Shown here: piece by piece, positions 26,691 to 35,425 of the stretch
Layout of the letters: every line of letters begins with the position of its first letter
Numbering within the stretch: the stretch's first letter is position 1
IMG/VR virus record: IMGVR_UViG_3300025000_000092
Span: 2,481 to 66,480 of that record
Reading direction: 5' to 3' (one strand)
Source of the DNA: a virus
DNA length: 64,000 nt
Notes under the pieces: model-generated
What the model was told of the DNA's origin: nothing
What the model saw: only the letters and a program-made list of their open reading frames with translations
The model's database searches: none
Program-made: the position numbers and the translations under genes

Positions 26691-27131
26691 TCACACTCCT
26701 GCGTTGGCGGGCCGCAGCCCGACGGTGTTGATGCTGACTTCCCCGGGCGTCCCGCCCCGGGGCCAGGGCGCTTCCGCATGACAGGCGTCGCACGCGGACG
26801 GCGCCCGGTCCGTGCACTCGGGGCAGCCGAACGGGAACGACATCCGCCGGATCGTCGTGGCGGCAACGCGGAGCTCCGGGGCGGTCGTCTGAGGCATCTG
26901 GCGGATCCACGCCCGCATAGCCTGGGCCTCGGCGGTCCGGGCGGCGCGCTCCCGGGCGAGCGCGGTCTCGGCGTCCCGGGTGCGGCGGTCCGCGTCCCGG
27001 GCGGCCTGGCCGAGCGCCAGGACGTACAGCCGCAGTTCGCCGATGGTCATCCGCGTCACGTCCAGGGCGACCATGCCCTGGGCGACCTGGCGGGCCTGCA
27101 GGTCCAGGATCGCGCTCGTGTCCTTCGTCAT
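26691..27131 (-). CDS. coiled-coil plus Zn-finger hypothetical protein
   Basis: CPEC...CDAC; ATGA overlap. Confidence 0.65.
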   Translation of the reverse strand: MTKDTSAILDLQARQVAQGMVALDVTRMTIGELRLYVLALGQAARDADRRTRDAETALARERAARTAEAQAMRAWIRQMPQTTAPELRVAATTIRRMSFPFGCPECTDRAPSACDACHAEAPWPRGGTPGEVSINTVGLRPANAGV

Positions 27132-27307
27132 GGCTCCAACCTCATGGCGTTCGCGGCGCAGGCGGCGCCCGCGGCCAGACACGCGGCGCAGGCCACGAAC
27201 GCGTCTGCTTCGATGGTCGCGATGGCGAGGACGGCAGCGACGCCCGCAGCGACCCACCAGCGGTCGGCACGGGCGCGGGCCAGGGACGGGGTGCTTCGCA
27301 GGGTCAT
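27128..27307 (-). CDS. small membrane protein
   Basis: two hydrophobic stretches; AGGAGG RBS. Confidence 0.55.
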   Translation of the reverse strand: MTLRSTPSLARARADRWWVAAGVAAVLAIATIEADAFVACAACLAAGAACAANAMRLEP

Positions 27308-28083
27308 CGGGTCACCTCCTGCTCGTTCGCACACGGGGACTCGGCGACAGTCGCGGCGGGTCGCTCGGGCGGCAAGATCCACAGCATCCCGAGGCGCGTC
27401 AGGTGCGCGATGTAGTCGGGATCCTGGCGGGCGCTGGCGGGGGCCGGGGCCTTGGGCTCGGCCTCGCGGCGGGCCATCTCGGCGGCGATCTCGTCGTCGC
27501 GGGCGGTCCGGGGCCACGCCTCGGCGTGCAGCCGCAACAGCGCCAGGACCGCGCCATACTCCCGGCCGTGGACGTTGTCGCCGTGGGTCTGCGCGACCGC
27601 GGCAGCAAACGCGTCCAGCGTGCCCCAGAAGCAACCGGCCCGGACCCGCGGGCCCTGGTCGGTGATCCAGAGGCGCAGCCAGGCCAAGCGGGACCCGAGG
27701 GGCCCGAGCTGCAGGAACGGGCGGTCGCCGACGAGGACGTAGCGGGTGCCGTCCGCGCCCGTCAGGTCCGCGCCCTTCAGGTACGCGCCCGTCAGGTCCG
27801 CGCCCGTCAGGTCCGCGCCCGTCAGGTCCGCGCCCTTCAGGTACGCGCCCGTCAGGTCCGCGCCCTTCAGGTACGCGCCCGTCAGGTCCGCGCCCGTCAG
27901 GTCCGCGCCCGTCAGGTACGCGCCCGTCAGGTCCGCGCCCGTCAGGTACGCGCCCGTCAGGTCCGCGCCCTCGCGCACCTTCGTCGCGACCAGGTCCGCC
28001 AGGGTCTGTCCCGGGCGGCCCTCGGCGATGATCCGGCCGGTGATCCACGACTTGATCTGCACCGCGTCGTTTGAGGTTGTCAT
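27304..28083 (-). CDS. pentapeptide-repeat protein
   Basis: 14 A(D/Y)L(T/K)G repeats followed by GPLGSR...AGCFWG domain. Confidence 0.9.
   Translation of the reverse strand: MTTSNDAVQIKSWITGRIIAEGRPGQTLADLVATKVREGADLTGAYLTGADLTGAYLTGADLTGADLTGAYLKGADLTGAYLKGADLTGADLTGADLTGAYLKGADLTGADGTRYVLVGDRPFLQLGPLGSRLAWLRLWITDQGPRVRAGCFWGTLDAFAAAVAQTHGDNVHGREYGAVLALLRLHAEAWPRTARDDEIAAEMARREAEPKAPAPASARQDPDYIAHLTRLGMLWILPPERPAATVAESPCANEQEVTR
27757..27966 (-). repeat. 14 x 15-nt tandem repeat (pentapeptide coding)
   Basis: plus-strand unit gccc(g/t)tcaggt(c/a)cgc. Confidence 0.95.
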
Positions 28084-28439
28084 CGCGGCACCTGCCCTTC
28101 GCTGGCGTGTCGGGTCTCGGCCCGCGCCGCGCTTAGCTCGTCCGTGAGGCGCTCCACCGTGGCCTGGTAGTGCCGGAGCAGCTGGCACAGCACCGCGATT
28201 GCGAGCCGCGTCTTGCGCTCCACCGGCACGCAGGGGAGGTCGAAAAGCGCCGGCCGCCGCCCCGCCGGGATCTCCAGCCAGCGCTCGACCGCGCGGTGAA
28301 GCCGGCTGAGCGCTGGGCGAAAGCGGGCGTTGTCGTCGTCGGACTCGAGGTCCGCGAGCCAGGCCGCTTCATCTGCCGGCCTCGTCGCCTTGCAAGCCGC
28401 CAGCGCTTCGTCGACGGCGCACTTCGTGCGGGTACTCAT
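28080..28439 (-). CDS. hypothetical protein, first gene of leftward early operon
   Basis: ATG after GGAGGGAAGG; downstream of PL-like promoter. Confidence 0.7.
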   Translation of the reverse strand: MSTRTKCAVDEALAACKATRPADEAAWLADLESDDDNARFRPALSRLHRAVERWLEIPAGRRPALFDLPCVPVERKTRLAIAVLCQLLRHYQATVERLTDELSAARAETRHASEGQVPR

Positions 28440-28506
28440 GATTGCCTTCCCTCCGTTCGATCCGGGTTCGTCGCCTGGCCTACGCGTTTCGCGTCGACCT
28501 AGGGGG

Positions 28507-28557
28507 ATTATTTCGCGGCTTGCGGAAGGTGTCAAGAAGTTTTTCGCGCGCCGCGAA
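28507..28557 (-). promoter_or_regulatory. PL-like promoter with two operator palindromes
   Basis: TTGACA-17-AATAAT; TTCGC-N5-GCGGA at 28512-28526 and perfect TTCGC-N5-GCGAA at 28543-28557. Confidence 0.75.
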
Positions 28558-28667
28558 TCCCGAGGATTGCGTAAAGGTTTCGCGTGCTCCGTGGTGGGTG
28601 GCCTGAAGGAGTTGAGGGGGCGCCAGTCGATCGTGGGGGTGAACGAGGGTCCGGGCGAGCCCTGGGG

Positions 28668-29342
28668 CTACTTCTTGAAGAGGTGCAGTTCGTCGATGAG
28701 CCAGCGGAAGCGTCCACGCGCGTTGCGAAGGATGACCTTCACCACCACCCCGTCGATGTGCCAGACCCGGGCGTCGTAGCGGGTCGCCTTGAAGTTGCTC
28801 GCGGAGTTCAGGGGCACCAGGTAGAAGCCGTCGGGGTACCGGACGTACAGCTTGATCGTGTACTCCAGCGTGTCCCGGCGCTGCGCCACGACCATGTCGC
28901 AGTCGCCAGCTGGCTCGCGCGGGTCCACGACGACGCGGTCCCCGGTCCGCAGCATGGGTTCCATGCTCTCGCCCTGGATCTCGAGGGCGTGGAGGCCATC
29001 GGCCGGCGAGGCCGCGGGCTCGTAATCGAGCGGCTCCTCGCCTCGGGTCACCGCCTCGGTCTCCGGGCCCGCGGACACGATCGCGTACACGGGGATCCGA
29101 TGCCTCGGGCTGCTGGGAGCGCCCTTCAGTTCGCCGCCTTGCTCGATGGCCAGATCCTCCACGGGGTACCCGAAGAGTACGGCGATCTTCGGCAGCAGGT
29201 CGAGACTGATCGGCCGCCGCCCAGCCTCGAAGTCGCCGATGGCCCCCGGGGAGTTGTACCCCAGGGCCTCGGCCACCTGGAGCAGGGTGAGGCCCTTCTC
29301 CTTCCGGTTCTTCCGCAGCCAGTCGCCGTTGACCTTCTCCAT
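28668..29342 (-). CDS. cI: CI-like repressor (XRE HTH + S24 peptidase)
   Basis: N-terminal HTH; VSAG cleavage-site-like motif, GESMEP (Ser), IKLY (Lys). Confidence 0.92.
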   Translation of the reverse strand: MEKVNGDWLRKNRKEKGLTLLQVAEALGYNSPGAIGDFEAGRRPISLDLLPKIAVLFGYPVEDLAIEQGGELKGAPSSPRHRIPVYAIVSAGPETEAVTRGEEPLDYEPAASPADGLHALEIQGESMEPMLRTGDRVVVDPREPAGDCDMVVAQRRDTLEYTIKLYVRYPDGFYLVPLNSASNFKATRYDARVWHIDGVVVKVILRNARGRFRWLIDELHLFKK

Positions 29343-29349
29343 AGTTTGC

Positions 29350-29378
29350 AGTCTCCCAGGGGCCGAAGTGCTTGTCAA
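29350..29378 (-). promoter_or_regulatory. PRM-like promoter, probably leaderless
   Basis: TTGACA-17-GAGACT, then 7 nt to the cI ATG; no RBS. Confidence 0.55.
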
Positions 29379-29420
29379 CATTGCGTAATCTCCACACGAA
29401 CCGACGCGCGAAAAATCTCC

Positions 29421-29449
29421 TTGCCACTTTCGCAAAGCGCGAATACCAT
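29421..29449 (+). promoter_or_regulatory. PR-like promoter with operator
   Basis: TTGCCA-17-TACCAT; perfect TTCGC-N5-GCGAA at 29429-29443 in the spacer. Confidence 0.75.
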
Positions 29450-29467
29450 GGGTCCCGGGAGGTGCGG

Positions 29468-29761
29468 ATGCGGCTGATCGACTATTGCAGGCAGAGCAAG
29501 GAGACGCAGACGAAGCTCGCGGCCCGACTGGGCCTCTCGGTTTCGCATCTGAACGAAATCCTGGCGACCGAGGCCGACCCGAACCGGGGTCGCTCGCGCC
29601 ATCCGTCGCCGGAGCTCGCCGCCACCATCTCCGCCCGGACGGGCGGTGCCGTATCGGTGCGCGAGCTGCTGTACCCGGACGGTCTCCCCGAGGGGGCCGT
29701 TCTCGACGGCGGCGCAGAGGTGCTCCCGGGCGAGACCGACGGCGACTCTGAGGAGGCGTGA
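29468..29761 (+). CDS. cro: Cro-like HTH regulator
   Basis: TQTKLAARLGLSVSHLNEI...PSPELAATISARTGGAVSVRELL; divergent from cI. Confidence 0.85.
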   Translation: MRLIDYCRQSKETQTKLAARLGLSVSHLNEILATEADPNRGRSRHPSPELAATISARTGGAVSVRELLYPDGLPEGAVLDGGAEVLPGETDGDSEEA

Positions 29762-29769
29762 CCCGTGGA

Positions 29770-29994
29770 TCAGACGTCCGCGATCGACTGGCCGAGCGCG
29801 AGGTCCCTGTCGGACTTCAGGTGCTTCAGCAGGTCGAGGTACTCCGCGGCTGCCGCTTCTCGCCAGGGGATGTTCTCCGACTGCGCTCGCTCCCTCACCG
29901 CCCCACAGAACAGATCCGGGCACGCCTGTGTGATGGCGATGGCGGACTGTACGGCGAGGGCTGACACCAGTTTCGGGCCCTTGTGTCCGGGCAT
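29770..29994 (-). CDS. small counter-oriented hypothetical protein
   Basis: GGAGG RBS before MPGHKG; a competing + ORF 29758..29964 also exists. Confidence 0.5.
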   Translation of the reverse strand: MPGHKGPKLVSALAVQSAIAITQACPDLFCGAVRERAQSENIPWREAAAAEYLDLLKHLKSDRDLALGQSIADV

Positions 29995-30022
29995 GGATGT
30001 TCCTCCGTTCGTGTTCGACCGC

Positions 30023-30297
30023 ATGAACCAGCCAGTTCGCGATCGTAGCACGCGCGGGGTTCATCCCCTCCCCCGCGGCATCGCCCCGCGTCGGAGGGGG
30101 CGTCCCTTGTGGGCGCCTGGCTCTTCTTCCCTCTTTTCGCCGTCCGGGCCCCCCACTCCCGGGGTTCGGGAGCCGACCTGGACGGCGCCCTCGGTCCGCT
30201 GGACCGCCCGTAGGGGCGAGGCCGGGCACGGGGTTCGAGACCCCGGGGATCGACTGATTGCGGCTTCGAGGGGGAGTCGCGCGGTGCCACCGGCACC
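30023..30297 (+). ncRNA. candidate structured RNA: hairpin array with a tRNA-like module
   Basis: about seven consecutive stem-loops; T-arm CGGGG-TTCGAGA-CCCCG at 30229-30245. Confidence 0.45.
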
Positions 30298-30467
30298 AGG
30301 CTCGCAGCAGATGGGGAAGATTGTGCGAAGGTCGTCCAAGGGCACTCTTGCGTCCGAAGCGCCTCTTGCCCCCCCTGAACTTCATCTGCCGTCCTCCGCT
30401 CATCCAGGTCGATCGTGAATCGGCCGGATCCCTCGAACAAGCGAATTTGCCAGGGAGGTTTCGCTAG

Positions 30468-30974
30468 ATGTGTCGCGCATGCAGGCCGCCCAAGCGCCCG
30501 ACCCTTCGCCTTCCCCTCTTCCAGCTGCGGGAGACGGTCCCGTTCCGGGAGCTCGAGGAGGCGTTGCACATCAGCGACGACGTCCTGTACCGGGCCCAGC
30601 GGTGCCAGGGGGACCTCGGCGTCGACCAGATCATCGACATCTCGGAGTACCTGAACGACGACCGTCTCATCGACGCCATCTGCCGGGCCCGCGGGGGGCG
30701 GTTTGTTCGGGATGACGAGACGGCGGCCGAACTCGACGTGCCGGCCCTGATGCGGCGCCAACTGGAGATCGGCCACGAGGACGGCCTCCAGGACCAGCAG
30801 GTCCTCGACGCCGTGGCCGATGGCCATCTCTCCGACTCGGAGCTGCAGGCCCTGGACACCGGCTACGCTCGCCAGGAGGCGCAACTCGCCAGGATCCGTG
30901 CCGACATCCGGTGCGAGGTGGACCGCCGGCGCGCCCCCGCCCCCTCGAAGCCGACGCGGAGGGCGAGCAAGTAG
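30468..30974 (+). CDS. phage regulatory CII-like protein
   Basis: LGVDQIIDISEYLNDDRLIDAICRARGGRFV...AVADGHLSDSE resembles the phage 186 CII family; position after cro. Confidence 0.7.
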   Translation: MCRACRPPKRPTLRLPLFQLRETVPFRELEEALHISDDVLYRAQRCQGDLGVDQIIDISEYLNDDRLIDAICRARGGRFVRDDETAAELDVPALMRRQLEIGHEDGLQDQQVLDAVADGHLSDSELQALDTGYARQEAQLARIRADIRCEVDRRRAPAPSKPTRRASK

Positions 30975-31421
30975 ATGGGAAAAACCAACGGATACCTCCT
31001 GGCGCGACATCGCTTTGTCCCGCACTGGACCCGAATCGTTCGGGCCGACCGGTGGAATGGCGACCCGCCCTCATACATCGAGGTGGTCGCGGCCGCTGAC
31101 GACCAGAGGTCGCTCCAGGATGTTCTTCGCGGCCTAGGGTACGGACTTCCCGCCCAGATCTGGGAGTGCCCGGAGTGCCGCGGCGAGATCCGATACGCAA
31201 ACCCGGTCGACCTGCAGACCCACGGCTACGACATGAAGCGGGACCTCTGGGACCGAGGGTTCCGTCGCGGGGACCCGACGATCGAGTCCTTCACGTGCCA
31301 GTGCTCGTTCTGGTGTGCGGTCAGCGACGACTACCACCTGATGCGCAAGCCGCGATGGCGGACGGACGACTGGGTCGCCACCGACCCAACGCTTCGCAGG
31401 ACGGGAGGCTCTCGTGGCTGA
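30975..31421 (+). CDS. hypothetical Zn-binding protein
   Basis: CPEC, CQC; coupled to primase. Confidence 0.65.
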   Translation: MGKTNGYLLARHRFVPHWTRIVRADRWNGDPPSYIEVVAAADDQRSLQDVLRGLGYGLPAQIWECPECRGEIRYANPVDLQTHGYDMKRDLWDRGFRRGDPTIESFTCQCSFWCAVSDDYHLMRKPRWRTDDWVATDPTLRRTGGSRG

Positions 31422-34400
31422 CTGGTCGGACGTCAAGCGGGAGATCAAGGCCCGGGCCTCGCTGCCAGACATGCTGGCGCGCCTCGGGGTCAAGGTCACG
31501 AAGAACGGACGCTCCGGGCACGCCACGTGCCTGTGCCCATGGCACGGCGACAAAGACACCCCCAGCCTTCACGTGTACCCCGACCACGTCCACTGCTTCG
31601 GCTGCGGCTGCCGCGGCGACGTCATCGACGTCTACGCCTACGCGGAGGGACTGGTCTCCGGCGCCCCGCCCTACACCGACCTTGGGGAGGCCTTCCGCCG
31701 GCTCGCCGCCGAGCTGGGCGTCGAGATGCCCGCGGTGTCCAGGGAGTGGTTGGAGCGGGAGACCCGGAGACGGGAGACCGCCAGGCTGTACGGCGACGTA
31801 GCGCGGCAGGCGCAGGAGTGGCTTCAAGACGACTTCGTGGGAGGCGAGGCGGTCGAGTACCTGCGCGGCCGTGGGTTCACCGACGCGACGATCCGGGACG
31901 CTGGTCTCGGCTTCTGGCCGCGGGGTGACTCATCTCGCGTTCTCGCGGACGACGGGTCCGACGCCGTGGCAGCCAAGGACCGGAAGCCGTACACGTTCCA
32001 GCAGCTGCGTGACGCCGGCCTTCGGGCCGAGACCCAGGACGGCCGGGAGTACGACGTCCTGGCGTCCTGCATCGTGTTCCCGGTCGAGATCGGCGGCCAC
32101 GTCGTGTATCTCACCGGCCGCACGCTCCCTACCCCGGAGAAGCCGAAGCGCCACGTGAAGCTGTCGAACGTGTACGACGGCGACCGGGTCCGCAACCCGT
32201 GCCCGGCACTGTACGGCCTCGGGGGCCTGCCCCGGGATGCCCGGCGCGTCTTCTGCGTCGAGGGCGAGACTGACACCCTGACGTTGCTGCAGGCGGGGCT
32301 TCCGGTCGCCGGTCGCCTCGGGGTATCGGCCGGCCGCGAAGAGGTTGTCGCCACCCTGGGCCGGTTCCCCGAGGCCGTGGTCATGTTCGACTCGGATCCG
32401 CAGCGCGAGGACGGCAAGGAGGCGGCCTCCGCGCGGGAGTCCCGGGAGTTGGCGCGCGCACTGGTCGGCCGCTCCAGGATCCTTCGCGTCCAGTACCCGG
32501 CCCGCCCGGATGGCACCCGCCCGAAGGACCCGAACGGCTACCTCCAGGACCTGATACGGGCTGGCGCTACCGTGGAGGCCGCCTCGGCCCAGGTCCGGGA
32601 CCTGATCACGATGCAGGCCGATGCGGCGCCCCGGGCCCTGGACTGGCTGCTGGACGAGATCGCCACGGACAAGGATCCGGTCACAAGGGCCCGCAGGGTC
32701 GCCTCCGAGATCACGCCCCTGATGGTGGCGGCTGCGCCTGCGGAGCGCGGCGCGATGGTCGACGTCGTGGCCCGCAAGACCGGGTTGACGAAGGGCTCGC
32801 TGCGGGACGGTCTCGACGCCGCGGTGAAAGCCCAGGCGGCAGAGGAGAAGGCGAAGGCGGCGGGGGTGACGACCGCCTCGGTCTCCGACCTGGTGCCCGG
32901 GTCCTACTACGCCGCGAACGGCCGCATGTACTGGGTCACGTCGGGGCGCGACGGCCCGAAGCCGGTCTGCATCGCCAACTTCGAGGCTCGTATTACCGAG
33001 CAGACCTTTCTGGACGAGGGCGCTGAGGACGAGTCGCCTCAGCGCTCGTTTGTGCTCGAGGGCCGTAGGCATGACGGCCGCCCGCTCCCTTCGGTGACGA
33101 TCCCGGCGAAGAACTTCAAGGGGTTGAACTGGCTGGAAGAGGCGTGGGGAGCCGGCTTCTGCATCACCCCGGGACCCGGGATGCAGAGCCACGTCAAGAA
33201 CTGCATCGAGCAACTCTCTGGTGTCGTCCCGGAGCGCCGGCGGTACCGGCATCTCGGTTGGCGGCAGATCGACGGCGAGTGGGTCTACCTGCACGCCGGC
33301 GGGGGCATCGGTGCCGACGGACCGGTCCCGGGCATCGAGGTCGAGATGCAGGGGGCGTTCCGCCGGTACGCGCTGTCGGACCCGCTCATCGGTGCGGAGC
33401 TGGTGAACGCGATCCGGACGCACTTGCAGATGCTCGAGGTGGCACGACTCACGGTCTCGGCCCCACTTTTCTGCGCCACCTGGCGGGCGCCCCTGGGCCC
33501 CTGCGACTTCTCCGTCTTCGTGGTCGGGCGAGGCGGCAAGGGCAAGAGCACCATGGCCGCCCTGTTCCAGAACGCCTGGGGTCCGGAGTGGGACTTCGAG
33601 CACTTCCCGGCGAACTGGTCCAGCACCGAGAACATCCTGGAGAAACTGACGTTCGCCGCCAAGGACTGCGGCATGGTCATCGACGACTTCGCGCCGTCGG
33701 GGGCCCGCAACGACCGCGAGAAATTCGGGGCCAAGGCCGAGCGCATCTTTCGGGCGGTCGGCAACCAGGCGGGCCGCCAGCGCATGAACCAGGACAAGAC
33801 CTCGGCGGCGACCTACTTCCCCCGGGGACTCGTCGTTGCCACAGGCGAGGACCTGCCCGAGGGCCTTGGCTCCATGCTCGCCCGCATGCTCATCGTGCGA
33901 GTCGAGCCGGGCTCCGTGCACATCGCCTTCGAGGGGCCGCTGGCCGAGGCCCAGGCCGAGGCGGCCGCGGGCACGTACGCCAGGGTGATGGCGTCCTACG
34001 TGAAGTGGTTGGCTCCGCAGATGGACGACTTGGGAGCGACCCGGCGAGAGCGCAGGGACAGGATCGCCAGGACTTGGTCCGAGACTGCCTCTCACCTCCG
34101 GATTCCGCGCATCCTGGGCGATCTGGCCCTCGGCCTCGAGCAGTTCCTTCACTTCGCCCAGGCCGCGGGCGCCATCGATTCCGAGCAGTGGCAAAGGCTC
34201 TGGACGGACTGCTGTGCTGCCCTCACGGAATCCGCAATGACTCAGGCCGCCGACCTGTACCACCGCGACGCCGAGCACCGGTTCCTGGAGTTGATCGGAG
34301 CCGCCTTGGCCTCGGGAAAGGCCCACGTCGCCCGGGTCGACGGGACGGTACCACCCCCGGAGATCGCGGGCTCCTGGGGCTGGCGCCACAAGTTCCTGGG

Positions 34401-34776
34401 CACGTCGAGGTACGGGGGGACCCCGGACGAGGACTGGCAGGCCCTCGGCGAACGGATCGGCTGGCGGGCCGGCGGGAACCTGTACTTGCTGCCCGCGGTC
34501 GCCTACGCGGTCGCTCAGGACATGGGGAAGCGAGGGGGAGACGGACTGGCGGTGACCCAGACGACCCTTGGCAAGCGAATGAGCGAGGCGAAGCTCCTCC
34601 TCAGCCGCGACGTGACCCGCGAGACCCTGACCGTCCGAAGGATCTGCGAAGGGGAACAGCGCTCCGTCTGGCACCTGGACTGCTCTCGCCTGTCAGGACT
34701 TCCGGAAGGTGTCGGGGGTCCCGACATTTCAGAAACCGAACGAATCCCGGAAGGTGGGGACGAGAATGTCGGATAG
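31414..34776 (+). CDS. primase-ATPase fusion (CHC2 zinc finger + TOPRIM + DUF927-like P-loop)
   Basis: CPWHGDKDTPS...HCFGC; VEGETD, FDSD, PKDPN; GRGGKGKS, IDDF. Confidence 0.88.
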   Translation: MADWSDVKREIKARASLPDMLARLGVKVTKNGRSGHATCLCPWHGDKDTPSLHVYPDHVHCFGCGCRGDVIDVYAYAEGLVSGAPPYTDLGEAFRRLAAELGVEMPAVSREWLERETRRRETARLYGDVARQAQEWLQDDFVGGEAVEYLRGRGFTDATIRDAGLGFWPRGDSSRVLADDGSDAVAAKDRKPYTFQQLRDAGLRAETQDGREYDVLASCIVFPVEIGGHVVYLTGRTLPTPEKPKRHVKLSNVYDGDRVRNPCPALYGLGGLPRDARRVFCVEGETDTLTLLQAGLPVAGRLGVSAGREEVVATLGRFPEAVVMFDSDPQREDGKEAASARESRELARALVGRSRILRVQYPARPDGTRPKDPNGYLQDLIRAGATVEAASAQVRDLITMQADAAPRALDWLLDEIATDKDPVTRARRVASEITPLMVAAAPAERGAMVDVVARKTGLTKGSLRDGLDAAVKAQAAEEKAKAAGVTTASVSDLVPGSYYAANGRMYWVTSGRDGPKPVCIANFEARITEQTFLDEGAEDESPQRSFVLEGRRHDGRPLPSVTIPAKNFKGLNWLEEAWGAGFCITPGPGMQSHVKNCIEQLSGVVPERRRYRHLGWRQIDGEWVYLHAGGGIGADGPVPGIEVEMQGAFRRYALSDPLIGAELVNAIRTHLQMLEVARLTVSAPLFCATWRAPLGPCDFSVFVVGRGGKGKSTMAALFQNAWGPEWDFEHFPANWSSTENILEKLTFAAKDCGMVIDDFAPSGARNDREKFGAKAERIFRAVGNQAGRQRMNQDKTSAATYFPRGLVVATGEDLPEGLGSMLARMLIVRVEPGSVHIAFEGPLAEAQAEAAAGTYARVMASYVKWLAPQMDDLGATRRERRDRIARTWSETASHLRIPRILGDLALGLEQFLHFAQAAGAIDSEQWQRLWTDCCAALTESAMTQAADLYHRDAEHRFLELIGAALASGKAHVARVDGTVPPPEIAGSWGWRHKFLGTSRYGGTPDEDWQALGERIGWRAGGNLYLLPAVAYAVAQDMGKRGGDGLAVTQTTLGKRMSEAKLLLSRDVTRETLTVRRICEGEQRSVWHLDCSRLSGLPEGVGGPDISETERIPEGGDENVG

Positions 34777-34972
34777 TCGGAAATGTCGTGTCTTGTCTAC
34801 TACTACTACTATAGGCGTTCAGACCCCCCATGTCCGATCCGATCGAGTACGTGATCCTCGCGTACATGTAGGGGTGTCTCATCCGGCGACCCGACACCCG
34901 ACTTTCCCGGCAATTTCGGCCGCAACACCTAGCAATTGCAATGAAACTTCGTTGTCGGGTGGTCCCGACAAC
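34691..34972. repeat. putative replication origin: TGTCGG/CCGACA iteron-like repeats plus (TAC)n tract
   Basis: about ten TGTCGG-like copies in both orientations, two palindromes (34710-34726, 34951-34972), TACTACTACTACTATA at ~34798-34813. Confidence 0.6.
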
Positions 34973-35013
34973 GTCACCTCCGGGAATACCCCGGGCTTCG
35001 ACAGGAGGACCCC

Positions 35014-35337
35014 ATGACCCCCGAGACCCAGACCCAGGCTCAGGACCGCACCCGCGGGCGCCACGCCATCGTCGGACGACTCGTTGCCCTTGACGAGCTC
35101 GCCGGCGAGGCCGTCGTCCGCACCGACCAGGGCCGCAAGATCACCGCCACGCACCTGACCCCGCCCCTCGTGGAGGTCCTGGCCGGCCGCATGCTCCGCC
35201 CCGTCCTCCTCGTCGGCTTCGCCACCTGGGGCGGCAACGGAGGACTCAGCGATTTCCGGCCCTTCCAGGTGCTGGAGTTCGACGAGGGTGCCGGCGATCC
35301 CGGGATCGTCGACGCCTTGTACGAGGAGCAGGTCTGA
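35014..35337 (+). CDS. hypothetical protein
   Basis: AGGAGG RBS; strong GC3. Confidence 0.7.
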   Translation: MTPETQTQAQDRTRGRHAIVGRLVALDELAGEAVVRTDQGRKITATHLTPPLVEVLAGRMLRPVLLVGFATWGGNGGLSDFRPFQVLEFDEGAGDPGIVDALYEEQV

Positions 35338-35425
35338 TGAACGGGGCGTACACGCAGTTGAGCGAGGTGATCGTCTCGCGTACGCAGCGCGCGCACGAGG
35401 TCCCCGCCCGGACCGGGGGTCGCCG

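Noticed and set aside
27757-27966. Tandem repeat as a CRISPR array
   Set aside because: Contiguous 15-nt units with no spacers, in frame within a pentapeptide-repeat CDS; no cas genes in the window
30191-30253. Canonical tRNA gene
   Set aside because: Too short, with no D-arm, no 7-nt anticodon loop and no CCA; kept only as a tRNA-like candidate
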